Origin: Macrostomum lignano
Lineage: Eukaryota
NCBI GenBank assembly: GCA_002269645.1
Contig: NIVC01000140.1
Location: 124,001-188,000 of the forward strand
DNA: 64,000 bases
Direction: 5' to 3'
The notes below the pieces were generated by a model. That model saw only the letters and a list, made by a program, of their open reading frames with translations. It was not told where the DNA came from and searched no databases. Within the stretch, counting starts at the first letter, position 1, and each line of letters begins with the position of its first letter. A program made the position numbers and the translations under genes. Below, one piece after another: positions 51,716 through 64,000 of the stretch.

Positions 51716-52098
51716 TGACGTGACGCGAAAGTCAGGAATCGAATGTTGTTTGAACGAATATAAATTCTTGCGATATATTTGCAGTAGTAGAATAGTCTAA
51801 GTTGCTTGACGAGACACAGATCGAGAGCAATGGTTTAAATATTGCGACTATTGAAAATATTGAAGTGGAGTATTGAACTATATTGATGCACTGCATGATT
51901 GAGCAAGTGGAGGGACTTAAGGGGCGAGGCAAGGCTAGAGCAATGATGTACACTGAATTGCACAGAGTACGCATTCGTTTACAGAGTACATAGAAGTTTA
52001 GCATTGAATAAAGTTAAGTGACTGAGTTAGCAGAATAAAGTTAAGCAAAAAACCGCACACAGTTACCCATGCTAGCAAACCAACGAACCGTCACTTCA
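51716..52098 (-). repeat. 5' LTR (383 bp)
   Basis: No difference from 47457-47839 seen by eye. Confidence 0.95.
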
Positions 52099-52651
52099 GA
52101 TCCCTTGGCTGATCAATGAAATACTTGACTCTACCTATAAAAATCATCTTCAACTCGCATCGAACGATTAAGGATTAATTCGTAGAGCAGTTAAAATTTT
52201 TGCAAAGTTTGGGCTCAGCTCTTGAATAAACTGATAAATTTTATTTGTCTAAATGCTGAGAGCAAATTGTTCTAACCAGCTTTGTTTCCTATTCAGATTT
52301 CGCCCAGGACCGGCATTGAATCAGCAGATGAGGCCCAAATAGGCCGAGAGGCAACAAAACCAATTCTGCTGCGGAATGGCTTCAGACCAATTAGTTTTAA
52401 AAGAGCAATTTCCTGTTGAAAAAAACATTTCGTTGTTTATCCGGTCGCAAAAGCAGTTTGTCATTTTTAGCCTAAATCGACAGCAAAACGCTTAGACAAT
52501 TCGCTTTCAAATGTATCCAGCAAAGCTTGCTCCATTCCTACTGTTTCGGCGTTCGGGTTCGCCGCGCTATCAATTAAAGCAGGCGGCTCTGCGGCACCGG
52601 AAGGCTGGTCGGGCTGACAGCTTTACAGCCAGGAAACAGCAGAGCATTGCC

Positions 52652-52657
52652 TATAAA
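52652..52657 (+). promoter_or_regulatory. Candidate TATA box
   Basis: cTATAAAtg about 95 nt upstream of ATG 52750. Confidence 0.5.
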
Positions 52658-52749
52658 TGCGCAGTTTTACAGCAACTGCAAAGGCGTATCGGTTTGCCGA
52701 GCTCGAACTTAGCATAGTTATCAAAATTTAGTTGTCACCCAGCAACCAA

Positions 52750-53226
52750 ATGGCATCCTCCGTGATTCTCCTGATCGGCGCGGCCTTGGTTCTGACCGTG
52801 TCAGGCCTGCGCTGCCCGCAGCTGGACCCGGAGTCTGTGTGCTCCGCGGCCAGAGAGGGCTTCAAGTACAACGACGGCTGCAACGGGGTGGAGTGCACAG
52901 GCAGCGGGCAGTACACCACTACCATGCGCTGGTGCCCGCGGCCGCAGTCTGCCGAGGAGCGCCGTGAGTGCCGCGGCAGGGCGTCCGCCATCTTCGAGCG
53001 GCTGGGCCCGTTCTCCTGCAGCAACCTGGAGGCCGCCAGCGTCTGCAGTCGTCGCGGCAGCGTCTTCAGTTACTTCGACGGCTGCAACCGGGTCACTTGC
53101 GAGGCTGACGGCGGCTACACTAGCTCGTTCCGGATGTGCCCGCAGGCCGATGCCGAGGGCGCCTACTGCCAGTTCATGGAGTCCCGCCTGGGCGAGGCTG
53201 CTCGGCGGAGGAGGCGTCGCCGCTAG
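52750..53226 (+). CDS. Secreted Cys-rich protein with two pacifastin-like repeats (158 aa)
   Basis: Signal peptide MASSVILLIGAALVLTVSG and two internal repeats C..G.F...DGCN.V.C...G.YT....CP. Single exon with upstream TATAAA and downstream AATAAA at 53293. Confidence 0.75.
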   Translation: MASSVILLIGAALVLTVSGLRCPQLDPESVCSAAREGFKYNDGCNGVECTGSGQYTTTMRWCPRPQSAEERRECRGRASAIFERLGPFSCSNLEAASVCSRRGSVFSYFDGCNRVTCEADGGYTSSFRMCPQADAEGAYCQFMESRLGEAARRRRRRR

Positions 53227-53799
53227 GCTGAAGCCGAGCTGGAGCTGATGGGCCGTTGTTACCGAGGATTGAGGCTCGATTCATTTAATATTAATAAACT
53301 CTGAGCTTGAGATTAAGGCTCTAAATAACCGAGTTGTTCTGCTTGACTACATAAATGGTTGAGCAGTTTTTCCGCTTTTTATTTTATTCGAAGCACTGAT
53401 TGACAATTTAAAAATGAGGAAATCGCAGGTATTTCAAAAATAATTTTAAGAACATGACGGAGTCCCAGTAGTGAATGAAAAATCCTAACAATGAGATTAA
53501 AATATTAGCGGAAATGTTTATTCTACTGCTGAAAGTAGAATACAAGCGCAGCAAAGTATTGCCTCAACTCTTTTGACCGTTTAGCTCTACTATTTTAGAC
53601 GGCATGTGAATAAGGCAGCAGCCACGCTTATGGACGAACGGGACGTTGATGTCGTTAAGACGGCAAATAAACAGGAGAGTCGCTTTCGGGTTCCGTCCTT
53701 GGTAATAAGGATAGCAGATAGGCTGTTGTGCTGATTGGGGATATTAGAGACGGAAAAAAGAAAACGCATGGAGGAGGCAAAAAGACAGACACACGGACT

Positions 53800-54445
53800 T
53801 CACAAACCGGAGCCTTCACAAACCATAGCCTTCACAAACCATAGCTTTCACAAACCATAGTCTTCACAAACTGGAGCCTTCACAAACCATAGCCTTCACA
53901 AACCATAGCCTTCACAAACTATAGCCTTCACAAACCATAGCCTTCACAAACGATAGCCTTCACAAAACATAGCCTTCACAAACTGGAGCCTTCACAAACT
54001 GGAGCCTTCACAAACCATAGCCTTCACAAACCGGAGCCTTCACAAACCATAGCCTTCACAAACTACAGCCTTCACAAACTGGAGCCTTCACAAACTGGAG
54101 CCTTCACAAACTATAGCCTTCACAAACCGGAGCCTTCACAAACCATAGCCTTCACAAACTATAGCCTTCACAAACCGGAGCCTTCACAAACTATAGCCTT
54201 CACAAACGATAGCCTTCACAAACCATAGCCTTCACAAACCATAGCCTTTACAAACCATAGCCTTCACAAACCATAGCCTTTACAAACCATAGACTTCACA
54301 AACCATAGCCTTCACAAACCATAGCCTTTACAAACCATAGCCTTCACAAACCATAGCTTTCACAAACCATAGCCTTCACAAACCATAGCCTTCACAAACC
54401 ATAGCCTTCACAAACCATAGCCTTCACAAACCATAGCCTTCACAA
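53800..54445. repeat. 16-bp minisatellite (gccttcacaaaccata)
   Basis: About 40 tandem copies. Confidence 0.92.
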
Positions 54446-55649
54446 TAGTCAGTAGTACTGGGAAAATCTCAAATTCTGTTTCAGCACTTCAATCCAAACA
54501 GACGATAAAGACAGCAGAGTAACTGGTGCGATGATGGTGCAGCCCAGCAACCACCTTGCAGACCGGAAGTTGTCAGGCCGCACACAGCAGCGGAAGTGTC
54601 CAGGAATCAGCTGACAGGCACTGCGGGTCCCCAGGGCCAGCTGCAGCGGCAGCGCTCGCCCCTTCCGTTTCCATGCGGAGCCAAATTTCCACCGGGCGCG
54701 GCGGACCGAGCTGCTGCATTATTGATCCGCCCATTTCCTACCGCTCAGCTGCTCATCTCAGCCCCCCCCCCCACTCGACCTGGCGGGCCTCGATTTCTTG
54801 GCTGGGGGGAGGGGGCGCCGTTTTTCCTCCCATCAGAAGTTTTCACGGATAATTTGGCCGGCAGAGTCGCTAAAACGCTGATGAAGTCTGGCAATGGGCT
54901 GTGAAAATCAATTTTCATCTCATTAATCACTGCGCGCGGCCCAATTCAGCGCCACAGTTTTTAGGCGCCCAGATGGCTGGCCGCAGTGTCGGGTTGCAGG
55001 AAATTGGCTGGCTGGGACAAGCCGTGGGGCCGCCAGCTCATTGGGAGGGCATCCCCGCATATCTGGCAGCAGATCAATGTCAGCTGGGTGATTGAGCAAC
55101 CGAGAAAGGGAAAGTGGCTTGGGGCGAAGGTGGCCAAGCAAATATCCAGCTGAGTGGCTGTCTGTGATGCGGCATGGAGGCTGAGCGCTCCCAGAGTTTT
55201 ATGGGATGAAGAAGACGGCTTTTCTGCCATTTAATAGCCATGAGTTCCTCTGCAGTTGCTGATTGGAGCTGTTATTTTCTATTATTTTGTGCTTCAGAAA
55301 CGAAGCGCTGAGTTCTCCGCGTGAGCATGCGAGTGAGTACTCAGAGGTCACCAAATGTTGCTTGCTTCCTCCTCGCTGGCACCTTGCACCCTGCGCCCTG
55401 CAAACTTAACGAGACTGCAGCTTCTCTGATTGACTGCGGTTTTCCTTGCAGTCGGAGTTGAGTGAGTCTGGAGCCTTCTTTCCTGGAATTGTGACAGCTG
55501 GGAGACCTCAGTCTCCAGTTCACCATATCCATATTCCATCCATCCAGCTATCCTTGACCCATTCAAGATCCAGCAAAATTCGGAGCAGAAGAGTCCGCTT
55601 AGAGCCGCAATGCTTTTGCTTTTCCAGATAGATGGATAGAAACACGCAA

Positions 55650-56250
55650 AGCTCTTGCGCACACGAGCTCGCGAAACAGACAGGAGCGGTCTGGGGTCTG
55701 AGACCCAGCGCCTGCAATTCAGCCACAAAACAGTCAGTCAGCGTCACTGTTCGCCCTTGGCTAGGTGCTTCGGCTGGTGCGCCTGGTGCAGGAGGACCTG
55801 CTCCAATGGGACTTGGTCTCCGCGGGCGCTACTCCGGAGGCAGTGGCCCAGCAGCATCTGGTGGGAGACCAGCAGGGAGACGCTCAGGTCTGGAACGCCG
55901 GCGCCCCATCAGGTCTATGGATGGCAACCTCTTGAGGTAGAGCACGCCCAAGGCTCGCTCTCGGAGGAGGATCGGCTCCATGGCCTCGCAAAAGAGGTGC
56001 ATTTTCAGGCCGTCCCTCCAAGCTGAGTTGAAGACATTCCTGAGCAGGCCTGATTCCTCCTGTCGGAGAAGATGGAGTCCGGCTAGCGATTTGAGGTATC
56101 GAGGCATGTTGTCCCCGCTGGGCAGCGCAAGTGCCGGGGCGGTGTCAGTGGCCACGTTCATCACCTCTGTCTTGCGCGCGTTGACCACCAGCACCACCCC
56201 GACGCCCTCCTCACAGTGGCATGCAGTGAATGGCTTCCAGACTGAATAGT
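55650..56250 (-). mobile_element. Decayed non-LTR retrotransposon RT/C-terminal fragment
   Basis: Frameshifted translation VLVVNARKTEVM...LPSG...RNVFNS...KMHLFCEAMEPILL...MLLGHCLR resembles the end of a LINE RT domain. Confidence 0.55.
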
Positions 56251-57102
56251 CAAGTGAGAATTCTACTACATTTTTGGCGGATCTCCGTGACCATTTTTAG
56301 CGAGCCCCTGCAATGCTGCTAGAAGCAGATACAGTCCAGAGCTGCAGTTAAAACAGCAAAATGAACTTCCGAAAAACAAATGGCCGAGCTGAGAGAATCG
56401 ATCGATGCCGAGCAGGGAGAAATTCGGCGGTGCAAACTCGGGGGCTCCGCCTGCCAGTGACGGATGGCTCGTCAGTCCCCAGGCGCCCCCCCCGCATCCC
56501 AGCGCGGGGATTCTCCGCTCCATCGGCCGCGCTGTCCCCATCGATTAGGGCGGGCGGGGCCGCCTGTTGCTTCTCCGGCCGGCCGGGCCGCCAGCCGCTC
56601 ATTAATTCGGGCCAAGACAGCCCGAAAGAACTCATGGGGATGAAGAGCAGAGGCTGGGAGAAAGACGTGAAAGCAGGCCAGCGAAAATATTTGCTGCTGC
56701 CGCCGCCGCCGCTGCTGCTGCAAAAGGAGCAGAGAGGCCTCGGCTCGTCCCCGGCGCCTCTGGGCTCGATAAATATTTGATTGGGCCTAATCGCATTAAG
56801 TCCCCAGCCCGCCAGCCGCATTCTGACTAATTGAGGGATGCGTCACTGAGCCGCAGCCTGCCGGCCTCATCGAACTCAGGATCAGCGATTGGCCGCTGAG
56901 GGGGTGGCCCGAGCTTGAGGCCTCCGCGCCGGCTCCCACCCGCCCTCCTTTCCACTTTGATCTCTGGGAAATTTTTCCCCGTGGAGCAGGCAAAAATTTC
57001 TCTAGGCGCGTGTCCTTCGTATTTTCCTGACTTTATAAAATTTGCTTGGGGAGCCCAGCATTGCCCGCCCGACAGCTTTGCTCCTAGAAGGAAATTAAAT
57101 CG

Positions 57103-61287
<4,185 letters not shown>

Positions 61288-61612
61288 GGCGGCAGCCGAG
61301 CGGTGAACCGTTTGCGGTCCGGAGACCCAAGCGGGGGTTCGAATTCGAGACATTTTCTAACGCTTGTCCCATGTGACCCCCCTGTAAAATATTTAGCGAG
61401 CAGAAAACTGTCTGAGTACAAAATAAACATTTCTTGCTTCTTGATGTCCTGATTTGGCTGCGGAGTTCGGGCGCATTGGCTGCCAATAAAACTTTCGGCC
61501 TGCTCTCGAATCAGAATGCGACCTTAAAGCATGCAATTTTTCTGGAGGTCCTGAAGCGCTAAATTCTGAAGCCTGATAATTCTGAAGCATCTTAAATCTG
61601 AGTTGAGTGCAC

Positions 61613-62150
61613 AGGCATAAGCTCACAGTTTGATTGTCACACACTGGCATAAGCTTACAGTTTGATTGTCACACACTGGCATAAGCTTACAGTTTGATTG
61701 TCACACACTGGCATAAGCTCACAGTTTGATTGTCACACACAGGCATAAGCCCACAGTTTGATTGTCACACACTGGCATAAGCTCACAGTTTGATTGTCAC
61801 ACACAGGCATAAGCTCACAGTTTGATTGTCACAGACTGGCATAAGCTCACAGTTTGATTGTCACACACAGGCATAAGCCCACCGTTTGATTGTCACAGAC
61901 TGGCATAAGCTCACAGTTTGATTGTCACACACTGGCATAAGCTCACAGTTTGATTGTCACACACAGGCATAAGCCCACCGTTTGATTGTCACAGACTGGC
62001 ATAAGCCCACCGTTTGATTGCCACAGACTGGCATAAGCCCACCGTTTGATTGTCACAGACTGGCATAAGCCCACAGTTTGATTGTCACAGACTGGCATAA
62101 GCCCACAGTTTGATTGTCACAGACTGGCATAAGCCCACAGTTTGATTGTC
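61613..62150. repeat. 32-bp minisatellite (ggcataagctcacagtttgattgtcacacact)
   Basis: About 17 tandem copies. Confidence 0.92.
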
Positions 62151-62422
62151 ATATGTACTTCGTAGTGGCATAAGCGCGCACATGGACAACTAAAGCAACG
62201 TATATACTTTAGTAGTCCTGCAGCGCGCACTAGGGAGTTACGAATAAATTTAATCCAATTATTTGATCAGAGGATGTCATATAGAAATTTCTCATTATCT
62301 AGCTGCATTGACTGGATGCATAAAATTTTGTAGTTAGCAACGAAAGTGCAAAAATGTTTTTCCGTGGAGTGCACCTGTTGTGCAAACAATATTTTCTGTG
62401 GTATTTCCCTATAGATCAGTAG

Positions 62423-62747
62423 ACCAGCAACAGCTCATCAGTAGCCCAGCAACAGCTCATCAGTAGCCCAGCAACAGCTCATCAGTAGCCCAGCAACAGC
62501 TCATCAGTAGCCCAGCAACAGCTCATCAGTAGCCCAGCAACAGCTCATCAGTAGCCCAGCAACAGCTCATCAGTAGCCCAGCAACAGCTCATCAGTAGCC
62601 CAGCAACAGCTCATCAGTAGCCCAGCAACAGCTCATCAGTAGCCCAGCAACAGCTCATCAGTACTCATAGCCCAGCAACAGCTCATCAGTAGCCCAGCAA
62701 CAGCTCATCAGTACTCATAGCCCAGCAACAGCTCATCAGTAGCCCAG
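62423..62747. repeat. 22-bp minisatellite (cccagcaacagctcatcagtag)
   Basis: Tandem copies. Confidence 0.92.
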
Positions 62748-63397
62748 AAAGGTAGCGCGTGTCCCATGGAGACTGTGCACCCACAATGACACGAGATTCC
62801 GGTCTCAGCCGTCTCACTTCCCCAGGGTTTTGGGAGACGCGGGAATTCCGGTCAGGAACCGGTAGGAAGGCTGGAGACGGGACTCCACCAGTTGTAACCG
62901 AATTCCCAGAGGGCAGCTCGCGGGACAAAGGCAGCAGGGGCGGGCAGACACTGCCGGCAGAAGCTGAGCTTTCTCGCTGATTTATGGCCAGTTTACTGCC
63001 GGGAGCAAAACTGCCGCAGTCTCATCGGGAGAGACTTGTCTGCTACCAGTTTCTGCAAAAACATCTCTGACAGAAATTTCTGCTATAAAGCCTCCTTCAA
63101 TTATGAGCGTTTAATTGCTTGCGCTCAGTCTGGCGAACTGTCTCGGAGAAGCGAGTTGCAATTCGGATTCTAAATTTCTCGGGAAGTTTTTAATCTTCAT
63201 ATCTTGCCACAAATTTTGTTTAAATTGAAGGCTATCTTCATTTAGAACCCGTGCAGTGCGGCCAGTACTACTGCTAGTATTGAATCAGGCACCGGTTTCA
63301 GTTTTTTATTTGCTAATGTCAGTTTTTATAGCTATTCTCATGACTTTGATTCACCAGCTTTCTTCCTATTCGCACGATGAATTCGGTGAGCTTTTGT

Positions 63398-63945
63398 TGG
63401 GCTAGTTCATGGCTATTCTGGGCTATTGCTGGGCTAGTTCATGGCTATTCTGGGCTATTGCTGGGCTAGTTCATGGCTATTCTGGGCTATTGCTGGGCTA
63501 GTTCATGGCTATTCTGGGCTATTTCTGGGCTAGTTCATGGCTATTGCTGGGCTAGTTCATGGCTATTGCTGGACTAGTTCATGGCTATTGCTGGACTAGT
63601 TCATGGCTATTGCTGGGCTAGTTCATGGCTATTGCTGGGCTAATTGCTGGGCTAGTTCATGGCTATTCTGGGCTATTGCTGGGCTAGTTCATGGCTATTC
63701 TGGGCTATTTCTGGGCTAGTTCATGGCTATTGCTGGACTAGTTCATGGCTATTGCTGGGCTAGTTCATGGCTATTGCTGGACTAGTTCATGGCTATTGCT
63801 GGGCTAGTTCATGGCTATTACTGGACTAGTTCATGGGTATTGCTGGGCTAGTTCTGGGCTATTGCTGGGCTAGTTCATGGCTATTGCTGGGCTAGTTCAT
63901 GGCTATTGCTGGGCTAGTTCTGGGCTATTGCTGGGCTAGTTCTGA
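63398..63945. repeat. ~22-bp compound minisatellite (gggctagttcatggctattgct)
   Basis: Tandem copies. Confidence 0.9.
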
Positions 63946-64000
63946 GCTCATTAGCTACTAATTGGTATTCAGAATTGTGCTTTTCATTCAACAATCCGCA

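Larger units (their letters stand above)
47457..52098 (-). mobile_element. Full-length Ty3/Gypsy LTR retrotransposon, Mag-like
   Basis: Two 383-bp LTRs (47457-47839, 51716-52098) with TG...CA ends, a 5-bp TSD GATCC on both flanks, a PBS-like TGGCG 1 nt after the 5' LTR and a PPT GAAGGGGGGAGA before the 3' LTR. Confidence 0.97.

Noticed and set aside
62686-62980. GC-richer island with 73-80-aa ORFs between satellites
   Set aside because: It could be an exon of a gene outside the window, but I found no recognisable domain or convincing pair of splice sites

Overview
This is eukaryotic, intron-containing animal DNA, not prokaryotic. GC-rich exons, minisatellite-filled introns and AT-rich intergenic DNA resemble a free-living flatworm such as Macrostomum; the species is inferred, not shown. 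I reconstructed nine gene models by hand from GT/GC-AG junctions and reading-frame phase: the 3' end of a DLC1/STARD13-type RhoGAP-START gene, an orphan beta-propeller-like gene, CEP44, two tandem DEG/ENaC channels, Sec61-alpha (476 aa), a putative linker-histone-H1 + F-box + LRR fusion gene, a small secreted pacifastin-like protein and a Phox2 homeobox gene. Mobile DNA comprises an apparently intact and recent Mag-like Ty3/Gypsy element (383-bp LTRs, GATCC target-site duplication), a head-to-tail array of three non-autonomous Helitron-like units, a Harbinger-like MITE, a tRNA-derived CORE-like SINE and two decayed LINE fragments. More than 20 unrelated tandem-repeat arrays are present. The strongest novelty candidates are the H1-F-box-LRR fusion, the mosaic (converted versus divergent) DEG/ENaC pair, the Helitron tandem carrying tRNA-like cassettes and the pacifastin-like domain that has lost one disulfide pair. 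No alignment, folding program or database search was run.
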